This document shows, in pieces, positions 1 through 9,300 of a stretch of DNA of 55,411 bases. Position 1 is the stretch's first letter; each line of letters opens with the position of its first letter. A model generated the notes under the pieces. That model ran no database searches, had not been told where the DNA came from, and worked only from the letters and a program-made list of their open reading frames with translations. The position numbers and the translations under genes are program-made. This stretch comes from Crenarchaeota archaeon 13_1_40CM_3_52_10 (lineage in GTDB: Archaea; Thermoproteota; Bathyarchaeia; 40CM-2-53-6). The stretch lies in NCBI GenBank assembly GCA_001918765.1, contig MNGO01000004.1, positions 1 through 55,411 of the forward strand, given 5' to 3'.

Positions 1-110
1 AAGTCGGTGCTATGACATGCTCGAATACATTCCCGTGAGTCAAGACTCTGTCGCGAAGTCGGTGCTATGACATGCTCGAATACATTCCCGTGAGTCAAGA
101 CTCTGTCGCG
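1..110. repeat. Perfect 55-bp tandem duplication at the window edge, probable assembly artefact
   Basis: 1-55 is identical to 56-110 (AAGTCGGTGC...CTGTCGCG); length is not a multiple of 3; lies inside an intein-coding frame. Confidence 0.95.
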
Positions 111-1220
111 CCTGGAAAGCTTCTCTATTGCAATAGGGGCTGGATTCCCAAAAATCTCCTCGCCTGCAGGTAAGCAAAGCGTCGGGGTCGCGGCCAGGAC
201 CTTGATTCTGCCTTCTCGAAAGGCGTCTTCGACTATTCCTCGATGAATTCCCGTTAGACCTGCATGATGAAAGCCAGCGCCTCCCGCAACCTGCATCGCG
301 AGGGCTTCGCTTAGCCGTGTCTTCTCGCCAGTCGAGAGTATTCGCTCAGCAATAGTGTTCAGCGCCCTGTCTTCGAGCTTCGACAGGCGGCTCTTCACCG
401 CCACCGAGGCCTTCCGTCCCATCTCGACTGCTGACCGACGGGTCTCAGTGAAAATCAGTGCTTGGCCGCCGGTGCTCAACACGTCGAGGGCAATGTCAAG
501 ACTTGGCGTTTTGGTTCCGCTTAGAATTGCTCGGCTCGCACCATCGCGAAACTGCACTTGGTTATCATGATAGATTCCTTCTCTTAGCGGGACGGGGCGC
601 CAGTCGGTTGTCACCGATCCGGCTTTTAACCAGGATCCTACCTCTTCCGCGTTTCTCACCGTTGCACTGAGAGCTAAGACCTGGATGTTCGGGTTGATCT
701 CTGTGAGTCGAGTTAGAACCACTTCGAGGGTTGGACCCCTTTCTTGTTCAGTTAGAAGATGAACCTCGTCTGCAACGACGAGGGTGAGTTCGCTCATCCA
801 GGGAGCCTTGTGCCTCAAGAGAGAGTCTGCCTTTTCGTTAGTGCAGAGTATGATGTCGTATCTTCCTAGCCATGGGTCTGAGCTGTCGTAGTCTCCTGTG
901 GATATTCCAGCTCTGACGTGTTCCCCGTTGGGTTTCTTGATTGCTGAGTATCGTTGGAATTCCTTGAATTTCTCGCTAGCCAGGGCGCGTAGTGGGGCCA
1001 AGTAGATTGCCTTGCCTCGGTGTTCGAGGACGTGTTGAAGTATGCAGAGTTCTGCGACTAGGGTCTTTCCGCTGGCGGTAGGACTGGCGAGAACAAGGTT
1101 CTTCCCATCTAGGACTCCTGCTTCGATTGCGTGTTGTTGTGGTGGGTAGAGCTCGTCGAGACCTTGCTCTGCCAATAAGTCGATTACTTGTCCGTCGATG
1201 GGGAGGTCGCTAATCTTCAC
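1..1220 (-). CDS. hel308: Ski2-like SF2 helicase Hel308/Hjm, runs off the window, intein-containing
   Basis: Not in the ORF track. Manual translation from GTG at 1220: MKISDLPID..ELYPPQ..LVLASPTASGKT, VVADEVH, AGFHHAGL, IKVLAATPTL, all in one frame. Confidence 0.93.
   Translation of the reverse strand, partial: MKISDLPIDGQVIDLLAEQGLDELYPPQQHAIEAGVLDGKNLVLASPTASGKTLVAELCILQHVLEHRGKAIYLAPLRALASEKFKEFQRYSAIKKPNGEHVRAGISTGDYDSSDPWLGRYDIILCTNEKADSLLRHKAPWMSELTLVVADEVHLLTEQERGPTLEVVLTRLTEINPNIQVLALSATVRNAEEVGSWLKAGSVTTDWRPVPLREGIYHDNQVQFRDGASRAILSGTKTPSLDIALDVLSTGGQALIFTETRRSAVEMGRKASVAVKSRLSKLEDRALNTIAERILSTGEKTRLSEALAMQVAGGAGFHHAGLTGIHRGIVEDAFREGRIKVLAATPTLCLPAGEEIFGNPAPIAIEKLSRRDRVLTHGNVFEHVIAPTSRQSLDSRECIRACHSTD
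56..176 (-). mobile_element. N-terminal part of an intein in Hel308
   Basis: After ATPTL the expected (S/A)AG(V/I)NLPA is replaced by CLPAGEEIFGNPAPIAIEKLSRRDRVLTHGNVFEHV, matching Hint block A (Cys1) and the IExLxxGDxVLTH block. Confidence 0.85.
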
Positions 1221-1248
1221 CTGTTATGGTAGCTCCGATGATTGGATT

Positions 1249-3312
1249 CTAGCTTGAGGTTCGCTTTAGTCTTCCTTCCTTGGGTGAGTAGAGCATGCCC
1301 TCTTTTATCAACTGCCCGACGAACCGTCGAGCCTCTCCGTCGGTGACCTTATTCTTGTCCACTATTGCAGCAATCAGGATTTTCTCATCGACATCTCCGG
1401 TTTCCCGTTCAAGCTCGCGCACGATGTCGATTACTCGACCCAACGTGTCCCGCACCGTCGCGGGCCTGCCTGTCATTATTGTGTCGATATCGATCTTTCC
1501 GGTTTTGACATCCACCCCCACGTCTAGTAAGGCATAGGTCATGATTTTTACTGCACTCTTCGCGTCCTCGACCGTCACTTGATCGCGAAGGAATGCTCGG
1601 GCTCTTGCCTCGGATAACCTGACCAAGGCCTCTAATTGGCGCGGGGTGATTGCTACCGCCGCTTCTCGGCCTGTTGTCCCACGCATTTTAAGGTAAAAAT
1701 CCTGTAGCTCCTTGACGGCCTCCGGGGTCAGCACTGGGATAATCCTCTTCGCATAGCTGATGTATTTCCGTAGAAAGTCTGGCTGGAATGGCGCTTCTTC
1801 TGAACCGTGTCTTGCTCTATGTAATTGTAGAATATGAGACGACATTTCAGAATCGCTATCAGGATCTGGAAGATCCTTAACGAGAAATATCAAGTCAAAT
1901 CTCGAAAGTATGGTTACGGGGAGATTGATGTTTTCGTTGATGTTTCTGTGGGGCTCATATCTTCCCAGGGAAGGGTTCGCAGCAGCAAGCACCGCCGCTC
2001 TAGCATTCAGGGTGGCCACAATTCCTCCTTTGGCAACGCTGACGGTCTGCTGTTCCAAAGCCTCATGGATCGCGACTCTATCATCAGGTCTCATCTTATC
2101 TAGTTCATCGATGCAAGCGACCCCTTTGTCAGCTAGGACCAAAGCACCAGCTTCGAGCACCATTCCGCCCGTTTTCTCGCGCAAGACCGCTGCAGTGAGT
2201 CCAGCAGCTGTAGTCCCTCTTCCCGAGGTGTAAAGGCCTCTGGGGGCAATTCTGGAAACGTATTGCAACAACTGGCTCTTCGCTGTTCCAGGATCGCCCA
2301 CGATCAAGCAGTTCAGATCGCCTCGAATGTTGACGCCGTCAGGGAGCCGTTTTGCGACTCCCGCAAATAGAAGGTACAGTATTCCCTCCTTGATCTCATC
2401 ATAGCCATAGATTGATGGGGCAAGACTCATGATAAGATTTCGATGGACAAAAGGATGTTTCGAGGCCTCGATGATCTTCTTCTCGTCTTCAAGAGTAATC
2501 TCAACAATTTCAGTCTCCTTCCCGACAACATCTACAAAATTCGCTTCTAGATACAGGTTGAAGGTTCTAAGCTTCCCTTTCTCGCCGGCGTACTGCTTCT
2601 CGGCTCTTACTACGGAAGTCAACGCCACTCTGTCGCCGGGACGCGCAGTGTCGACAAGGTCGTCGTCTAGTCTGACATCTAGATACCTCGGGAGCATGCC
2701 GGGGGGAAGATCCTCAGGGCGTTCTTGGACGCGAGCTTCCTGAGTGTTCTTGAACACACACTGGTCTTCGATCAAGTCCCAGCCGCTCTGTTGCTTACAG
2801 CTTGCACAGATGGGGCCAGGCCCCCGTAACAAATCTCCTGTTTGATCTTGACGGGAGAGTTCGCCACACTTTCGACAGCGGAAGACAGCTTTGACGATCA
2901 TAGGTCGTACTTGGCCCGTTCGGACGACGATGCCCTCGACCAGCGCGAGTTTCATGAGGTCCTCAGCGCCAATCTTTCTGAGAGCCCTCTTTTCCGGAAG
3001 ACGACGAAATCGCACAATTATACGACCCACTTGTTCAGCGTACTCAGGATCCTCAACACGCATCTGAGAGGTCGCCGCGGAACCCGCGTGAACAAAGAAG
3101 TCGTCCGGGTGGTTCACCACATTTCTAGCAAGCACTGGGTCGAACGCGATTAGGTCGTCGAAATCGATTACGAGGGACCGACCATTGTTGACTGCCACTT
3201 CTGCGAGGCGTTTCCTATACTTGGACCCGACCGGGTCAGCTTGGTACGCGCGGAAGAAGTCCTGGAAAACGTTCTCTGGAAGGGCGGTTTCCGTCGGAGC
3301 GAGCAAGGTCAA
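1249..3312 (-). CDS. mcm: Replicative helicase MCM
   Basis: 687 aa; C4 Zn finger CRKC/CASC, Walker A GDPGTAKS, IDELDKM, arginine finger ILSRFD; no intein. Confidence 0.98.
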   Translation of the reverse strand: MTLLAPTETALPENVFQDFFRAYQADPVGSKYRKRLAEVAVNNGRSLVIDFDDLIAFDPVLARNVVNHPDDFFVHAGSAATSQMRVEDPEYAEQVGRIIVRFRRLPEKRALRKIGAEDLMKLALVEGIVVRTGQVRPMIVKAVFRCRKCGELSRQDQTGDLLRGPGPICASCKQQSGWDLIEDQCVFKNTQEARVQERPEDLPPGMLPRYLDVRLDDDLVDTARPGDRVALTSVVRAEKQYAGEKGKLRTFNLYLEANFVDVVGKETEIVEITLEDEKKIIEASKHPFVHRNLIMSLAPSIYGYDEIKEGILYLLFAGVAKRLPDGVNIRGDLNCLIVGDPGTAKSQLLQYVSRIAPRGLYTSGRGTTAAGLTAAVLREKTGGMVLEAGALVLADKGVACIDELDKMRPDDRVAIHEALEQQTVSVAKGGIVATLNARAAVLAAANPSLGRYEPHRNINENINLPVTILSRFDLIFLVKDLPDPDSDSEMSSHILQLHRARHGSEEAPFQPDFLRKYISYAKRIIPVLTPEAVKELQDFYLKMRGTTGREAAVAITPRQLEALVRLSEARARAFLRDQVTVEDAKSAVKIMTYALLDVGVDVKTGKIDIDTIMTGRPATVRDTLGRVIDIVRELERETGDVDEKILIAAIVDKNKVTDGEARRFVGQLIKEGMLYSPKEGRLKRTSS

Positions 3313-3872
3313 TTGGTAGTCTCACTGCCGAGAATGTCCTTCTTCCATGACTCCACATTCTGACGCACCTTCTCGAAGAGAGCCTTCTCCTCCAAGGTAA
3401 GTTTGGAGGTGACCTCGGTAGTTTGCCCTCCAGAAGCCCCTAGGGAGGCTATCTTCTTTACTCGCAGGTTGACAATGTCCCATCCCAGAGCAAGTGCTTT
3501 GTCTAGCTCCCGGGCCTTCGTACGGTCTTTCACTTCGAGGTTCTTGAGGTCTTTGATGAGCCTGCGAAGTTGGAAATAGAATGACCTTGGCAGTTCCGGG
3601 ATCTGGTTTGAGGCGGGCAGCGTCTGCCTATAATGGGTAGTTGAAAGCGTGTTCAGAGTGAGCTGTTCTTCTTCTTTGAAGCGAGCGTACCCCATCTGGA
3701 CCAAATGCTGGGCGATCCAGAGTGAGAGTTCGATCTCTTGTCCCATCCGATACGGGCCTAGGGTTCTGTCCCCAATCCGGGTTTCTGGAAACTCGCGGAG
3801 CAGTGTAATTCGTGAAGGCGAGTTTTCCAGTTCTGTGTCGACAATCTCTACGATAGACGGTTCTTTCTCCAA
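3309..3872 (-). CDS. gins23: GINS subunit Gins23 (Psf2/Psf3 type)
   Basis: N-terminal B domain (LGPY..G.EIELSLWIA.HL...G) then helical A domain (LPRSFY, LTLEEK); overlaps the mcm start. Confidence 0.85.
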   Translation of the reverse strand: MEKEPSIVEIVDTELENSPSRITLLREFPETRIGDRTLGPYRMGQEIELSLWIAQHLVQMGYARFKEEEQLTLNTLSTTHYRQTLPASNQIPELPRSFYFQLRRLIKDLKNLEVKDRTKARELDKALALGWDIVNLRVKKIASLGASGGQTTEVTSKLTLEEKALFEKVRQNVESWKKDILGSETTN

Positions 3873-4025
3873 TTTACTCGCCCCCCGGGAATCACCAAGG
3901 CGAAAGCGGGCTCCATAAAACCAATTCTAAACAGAAAACCGGATCGATCACACGATATTTGCTTAGAGAGGTGGATGAAACAGTTCTATATGGCTAGGAA
4001 CATCAATGTGTTTGGTTGAATCTGA

Positions 4026-5024
4026 TTGGAAGCCGCTCTCTGGACTGAGAAGTACAGGCCAAAGAGTCTCGACGATATCATGGATCAGGAAGAGATAGTC
4101 TCCAGGCTCAAAGATTTCGTCAAGAGAGGAACAATGCCCCACTGCTTGTTCGCAGGTCCACCAGGTACGGGCAAGACCACAGCCGGGTTATGTCTCGCTC
4201 ATGATCTGTTCGGGGAGCGATTCCAAGACGCGTTCAAGGAACTGAATGCAAGCGATGAACGCGGAATAGATGTTGTGCGGACTACCGTGAAGGACTTCGC
4301 CATGATGGCGTCGCTATCCAGTGTTCCTTTCAAGATCCTTGTCTTGGATGAAGCTGACAACATGACGGGGGACGCGCAGAGCGCGCTTCGCCGAACGATG
4401 GAGAATTACACCAATACTTGCCGTTTCATTCTCTGCTGCAACTATTCGGGCAGAATAATAGAACCAATTCAGTCAAGATGCGCCCTATTCCGGTTCACAC
4501 CGCTACCTGAGGAAAAAGTCGTCGAATACCTCCACCGAATCACGAAAGCTGAGAACGTTAAAACCACTGAGGGCGGTTTGAAGACCATTGTAGAAGTGGC
4601 TGAAGGAGACCTCCGGAAGGCCGTCAACATTCTTCAAGCAGCCTCCTCTATGTCGAAGGGAATCTCAGAAGAAACAGTCTACCAAGTAGTTGGAAGAGCG
4701 AGACCGACGGATGTCCACGAGATGTTGAACCATGCTTTGAAAGGCGACTTTCTCAAAGCACGGGATGAGCTTCGAAACCTTCTCGTCAAATATGGTCTAT
4801 CCGGGTCTGATATCGTCCGCCAGATTCACTCAGAGGTCTTCCGCCTCGCCATTCCAGAGAAGACGAGGATCAGCTTGATCGAGGCCATCGGGGACACAGA
4901 CTTTAGGCTGGTGCAAGGTGGAGATGAAGAAGTGCAGCTTAGCGCTCTCCTCGCCCATCTAGCTGCTGAGGCATCGGTTCATAGAAATGTTCGAGAGGAA
5001 CATGTCACAGCCCTGGACCGTTAG
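4026..5024 (+). CDS. rfcS: Replication factor C small subunit
   Basis: WTEKYRP, GPPGTGKT, ELNASDERG, LDEAD, IQSRC. Confidence 0.98.
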   Translation: MEAALWTEKYRPKSLDDIMDQEEIVSRLKDFVKRGTMPHCLFAGPPGTGKTTAGLCLAHDLFGERFQDAFKELNASDERGIDVVRTTVKDFAMMASLSSVPFKILVLDEADNMTGDAQSALRRTMENYTNTCRFILCCNYSGRIIEPIQSRCALFRFTPLPEEKVVEYLHRITKAENVKTTEGGLKTIVEVAEGDLRKAVNILQAASSMSKGISEETVYQVVGRARPTDVHEMLNHALKGDFLKARDELRNLLVKYGLSGSDIVRQIHSEVFRLAIPEKTRISLIEAIGDTDFRLVQGGDEEVQLSALLAHLAAEASVHRNVREEHVTALDR

Positions 5025-6237
5025 ATACAGACCTCGGACGACTCGCGAGATAGCGGGCAATAAGCCTGCCCTGGAGAAGATCCGTCAATGGCTTGACTCA
5101 TGGTCCGAAGGCAAACCGTCCAAGGCCGCGGTCCTTCTTTACGGCCCAGCAGGAGTAGGAAAGACGACAATCGCCGAGGCGGTTGCTCGGGAGAGAGATT
5201 GGGACCTTGTGGAGATCAATGCCTCTGACAAGAGAAGCGGCGATATCCTCTCAAGAATCGCGGGACTCGCATCCACACAATCCTCGCTGTTCAACAAGGG
5301 AAGACTGATCCTTCTGGATGAAGTGGATGGTATCAATCTCAGAACGGACTCGGGCGCGATCATTGCGATTCTCCGAGTAATCAAAGAATCTCAGTTTCCA
5401 ATAGTTCTGACCGCAAACGATCCTTGGGATCCAAAGATCAGACCGCTACGGGATGCATGTCTGTTCATCGAGCTGAGAAGACTCGGTCTACGCGAAGGGA
5501 TTCCGCTGATGAAGGGAATACTCGCCAAGGAGAGTGTGAGTGCTGACGAGGAGGCGCTCAGGTCTATCATGGAACGGGACCGTGGTGACATGCGATCAGC
5601 GATAACAGACCTTCAGATTCTAACCGGACCCAAGAAAAATCTAACCTTGGAAGATACTGCTATGTTGTCTAACCGGGACCGAAGCGAGTCCATATTCGAA
5701 GTCCTAAGGATCATCTTCAACAGCAGAACTGTTGCTCAGGCTCGACGTGCGCTGGACAAGTCAGATCTAGACCATGAAATGCTCTTTCAATGGATTCTGG
5801 AAAATACTCCAGGCCAGATTCCAAATCGCCCCGAGCTGGACAACGCCATGTCTGCACTTGCAGAAGCAGATCTCTACTTTGCCCGGATCAGGAAGACACA
5901 GTCGTGGCACCTGTTATCGTATGCTCTCGATCTAATGACCGCGGGTGTTGCCGTCGCAAAAGAGACGAGCCCGGGAGGATGGGTGTCGATGAAGTTCCCG
6001 CAACGAATCAGCTCGATGTCGCGCAGCCGGGGAACAAGAGAACTTACGAAGGGAGTTGGAGCCTTGATCGGGTCCAAGTCCCACATATCAAGTCGAAGAG
6101 CGACGAAAGCTTACCTTCCCATGATCCAGTTCATCCATGATCACGACCCGGAAAAATATCGTCAGATTGCAGAATGGCTTGATGCGAAGGAGCCGTTAGA
6201 CGAGATTCTCTCGCTCGAAGCTGAACCTGCCGCTTAA
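5002..6237 (+). CDS. rfcL: Replication factor C large subunit
   Basis: PWTVRYRP, GPAGVGKT, EINASD, LDEVD; ATG at 5002 preferred over 4987. Confidence 0.95.
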   Translation: MSQPWTVRYRPRTTREIAGNKPALEKIRQWLDSWSEGKPSKAAVLLYGPAGVGKTTIAEAVARERDWDLVEINASDKRSGDILSRIAGLASTQSSLFNKGRLILLDEVDGINLRTDSGAIIAILRVIKESQFPIVLTANDPWDPKIRPLRDACLFIELRRLGLREGIPLMKGILAKESVSADEEALRSIMERDRGDMRSAITDLQILTGPKKNLTLEDTAMLSNRDRSESIFEVLRIIFNSRTVAQARRALDKSDLDHEMLFQWILENTPGQIPNRPELDNAMSALAEADLYFARIRKTQSWHLLSYALDLMTAGVAVAKETSPGGWVSMKFPQRISSMSRSRGTRELTKGVGALIGSKSHISSRRATKAYLPMIQFIHDHDPEKYRQIAEWLDAKEPLDEILSLEAEPAA

Positions 6238-6425
6238 CGGTTGCGCATTACCAGTGCGCCCCCGATGAGAGCAATGATGGTCGATATGACTTCGGCGTAG
6301 AGAAGTTGTTGGAGCGCTTGACTGGTAATGGCCGCTCCAGCACCCATGGCTGTTGTTGCAGCGATTGCGCCCATGCATCCTGTGAAGAGAAGGAGCGTTC
6401 CCATAGTCAGATAGGCTTCCTTCAA
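6234..6425 (-). CDS. Small 2-TM membrane protein
   Basis: 63 aa with two hydrophobic segments; fills the gap downstream of purB. Confidence 0.6.
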   Translation of the reverse strand: MKEAYLTMGTLLLFTGCMGAIAATTAMGAGAAITSQALQQLLYAEVISTIIALIGGALVMRNR

Positions 6426-6498
6426 ATGCTGCGGCCTTCAGCTGTCCTCGCAGTTCGAGGCGAAATAAAAGTTTACTCTATGATCGAATAGAGCCATC

Positions 6499-7854
6499 TT
6501 ATTCCTTCAAGGCTAAGTTGATCAGTTCGCGCGTCACGCCGAGATAAGTACGGTAGTCGAGTGCTTCCTTGATCTCTTTGGGTTTTAGTCTCTTCGAGAC
6601 GAATTTGTCTTCGAGCAGGAGCTTTGAGAAGGGAATCTTGTTGTCGAGGGCCTTGATCGATATTTTCCTTATTTTTTCGTGAGCGTCTTGTCTTGGAACT
6701 CCCGTCTCCACGAGAAGGTTCACTATTCTCTCGGCTAGCAGGGATCCTTGTGATAGCTCCAAGTTTCGTTCCATGTTCTCTGCCAAGACCTCCAAGCCCT
6801 CGAGAATACGTGTGACAAGCCGGAGCATTTCGTCGACAAGAATGAAAGACATCGGAAAGATGAACCGTTCACTCGCAGAGTTGGAAATGTCCCGTTCATG
6901 CCATAGAGGAATATTCTCTAGGGCAGGTATGACTAGGCCTCGCATCAGCTTCGCCATGCTGGAGACCCTTTCGCTAAGCTCCGGATTCCTCTTCGAAGGC
7001 AGAGCCGAGCTTCCAACCTGTTTGCTCCGGTCGTACGGCTCCATAACCTCCGAGATCTCGCTTCTCTGCAAGTTCCGAACCTCCGTGCCGAACTTGTCGA
7101 GACTCGACGCCAGGAGAGAGAGATAGCACACCGTTTCGGCATGGAGATCCCGCTGAATAACCTGTGTAACGAGGCCGGCTGGTTTGAGCCCCAACTTGCC
7201 CAGCGCTCTTTCCTGGACCTTCAGAGCATTTTTCCCAAGCCCAGCTCCGTTTCCGACAATTCCCAGAATCTTGCCAACCAGAACCCGTTCCTTAACCTGC
7301 TTCAGTCTCTGCTGGTATCTTCGAACCTCTTCTAGCCAGACTGCGAACTTCAGGCCTAGAGTGATAACTCCCGCGTGGCGTCCGTGAGTCCGGCCGACGA
7401 CCAAGAGGGCTCTGTGCTTACGTACTCGCGAGGCAAGGATCTCTTCGAGCGCGTCGAGTCTCTTCTCTAGGAATGAGAATGCTTCTTTGAACTGGAGCGC
7501 TGTTGCGGTATCCTCAATATCGTAGCTTGTTAGCCCATAGTGGACGTACTTGCGTCCCTCGCCTGTACAGGCTTCGGAGAGCGCTACTACCATGGACATC
7601 AGATCATGACGGATCTCTTTCTCGAGGCCTTTGACGTGATCCAATGTCACAATCTTCGTGTTGGCGTTTCTTGCGATCTCCTCAGCAGCCCCTTTTGGAA
7701 TGTCGCCGACGAAGGCCTGTGCTTCTGCAACCGCCGCTTCAACATCCAACCATCGTTGGAGCTTGTTTTCTTCCTCGAAGATTCTCCTCATCTCCGGACT
7801 GCCATAACGACCTGTGTCAATTGGAAGAATAGGCAATCTTACCGACTCGAACAA
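6499..7854 (-). CDS. purB: Adenylosuccinate lyase
   Basis: RYGS, VHYGLTSYD, GRTHG, GSSALPSKRNP signature. Confidence 0.97.
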   Translation of the reverse strand: MFESVRLPILPIDTGRYGSPEMRRIFEEENKLQRWLDVEAAVAEAQAFVGDIPKGAAEEIARNANTKIVTLDHVKGLEKEIRHDLMSMVVALSEACTGEGRKYVHYGLTSYDIEDTATALQFKEAFSFLEKRLDALEEILASRVRKHRALLVVGRTHGRHAGVITLGLKFAVWLEEVRRYQQRLKQVKERVLVGKILGIVGNGAGLGKNALKVQERALGKLGLKPAGLVTQVIQRDLHAETVCYLSLLASSLDKFGTEVRNLQRSEISEVMEPYDRSKQVGSSALPSKRNPELSERVSSMAKLMRGLVIPALENIPLWHERDISNSASERFIFPMSFILVDEMLRLVTRILEGLEVLAENMERNLELSQGSLLAERIVNLLVETGVPRQDAHEKIRKISIKALDNKIPFSKLLLEDKFVSKRLKPKEIKEALDYRTYLGVTRELINLALKE

Positions 7855-7905
7855 GGAAGCAACTAGCCTATCATATTAAACAACTCCGAGGGAAAAAATA
7901 GAACA

Positions 7906-9252
7906 ATGACGGGTATCTGCGGGCTCCTAGGACGGGAAGCCGATGATCTCGGATCGAAAGCGAAGGCCATCCTCTCATTGATGCGGATCCGTGGATCCAA
8001 ATCCCAATCCTTCTCACAAAGCGTCCCGAATGGAGAAAAAATCACAATAGGAATTTGCGATTCCACCGGTACCCAACCGTTCAGTCATTTGGCAGTACCG
8101 TTGGCGCTTGATGGTGTATTCTTCCGCAACGATGAAGGACCCCATAATCCCGAGCCTGCCGGTCCTAGTCGTCTCATACGGACACCTGGAGCATTTGCCT
8201 TCCTAACCTCGAACCAGGATCATCTGACTGCGGGAAGAGACATCATGGGTCAGAAGCCTCTCTATTGCGGGCAGATAGGAAGCGACGCTGTGGCCTTCGC
8301 CAGCCTAAGATCTCCTCTAGTCTCGATCGGCATCCTCGAACCCAAGCCTGTTCCTCCTGGCAAGGTGATTCGGGCCTCCGTACGAGGATTCGAGACGATG
8401 AGTGATTACTCGCTCAAGCAGCCGAAGGAAGAACCGACAAGCGAGGCAGCAGCCACTCAAACACTGGAAGACCTCTTTACCGAGGCCGTCGGAAGGATCG
8501 TCCCGCGAGGATCCGGGATCGCGTTCTCCGGAGGCCTGGACAGCGCACTCGTCGCGAAGGTAGCGAAGAACAACGGGCTAGAACCGGAGCTAATCTCTGT
8601 AGGGTTGAAGGGTCAACCGGAGCTAGAGCACGCGGAAAAAACCGCGAAGAGTTTCGGGCTTCGCGTTACAATTCGAGAGTTAACAAGCTCGGAGATCCTC
8701 AATTCACTACCCGTGGTCGTCAAGATCATTGAGACCACGGATCCTGTCATCGTCGGGATATCAGTGCCGATCTATTTCGCTTGCCAGAAGGCGCGCGAGA
8801 TGGGCTTGAACTATCTTGCCGCGGGCCAGCTTAGCGATGAGCTCTTCGGCGGCTATGGAAAGTTCGAAGAAATGGCTTTGCGAGACGATGTAACGATTCT
8901 TGGGAGAGCGATGTTCGATAGTGTTGTTGCTGCATCGGCTAAAGACTTTGATCCGGGAGACAAGCTCGCGGTGGCAGCTGGTCTAGAACTTTGTTCCCCC
9001 TTCGCATATCTCCCATTTGTCGAATATGTCTTGAAGCTACCAGCATCTCTCCGAGTCCACTTGGCAGATGGAAACGTGATTCGAAAATATGTTCTGAGAA
9101 GGCTTGCCGCGAGACTGAACCTGCCAGACAGCGTAGTGGGTCGGCCGAAGAAAGCTGTCCAGTATTCCAGTGGTGTCCAGAAGGTCTTGTTGAAAGAAGC
9201 AAAACGACAGGGAATGAGCCTCGGCAAGATGTTGGAATCCCTCACGAGGTAG
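7906..9252 (+). CDS. Asparagine synthase-like protein (short Ntn domain + PP-loop synthetase)
   Basis: RDIMGQKPL, AFSGGLDS, SDELFGGY, RPKKAVQY; N-terminus is MTGICG rather than MCGI. Confidence 0.85.
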   Translation: MTGICGLLGREADDLGSKAKAILSLMRIRGSKSQSFSQSVPNGEKITIGICDSTGTQPFSHLAVPLALDGVFFRNDEGPHNPEPAGPSRLIRTPGAFAFLTSNQDHLTAGRDIMGQKPLYCGQIGSDAVAFASLRSPLVSIGILEPKPVPPGKVIRASVRGFETMSDYSLKQPKEEPTSEAAATQTLEDLFTEAVGRIVPRGSGIAFSGGLDSALVAKVAKNNGLEPELISVGLKGQPELEHAEKTAKSFGLRVTIRELTSSEILNSLPVVVKIIETTDPVIVGISVPIYFACQKAREMGLNYLAAGQLSDELFGGYGKFEEMALRDDVTILGRAMFDSVVAASAKDFDPGDKLAVAAGLELCSPFAYLPFVEYVLKLPASLRVHLADGNVIRKYVLRRLAARLNLPDSVVGRPKKAVQYSSGVQKVLLKEAKRQGMSLGKMLESLTR

Positions 9253-9300
9253 TGTGGAAGACTTATCCGACAGACCCGCTTCCTAGGCGCAGACAGGACA

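Noticed and set aside
355..670. Plus-strand ORFs of 70-71 aa, and the many other antisense or nested ORFs in the track
   Set aside because: Shadows of well-supported genes (here hel308); no motifs.
1249..6237. Inteins in MCM or RFC
   Set aside because: Lengths and motif spacing are normal.
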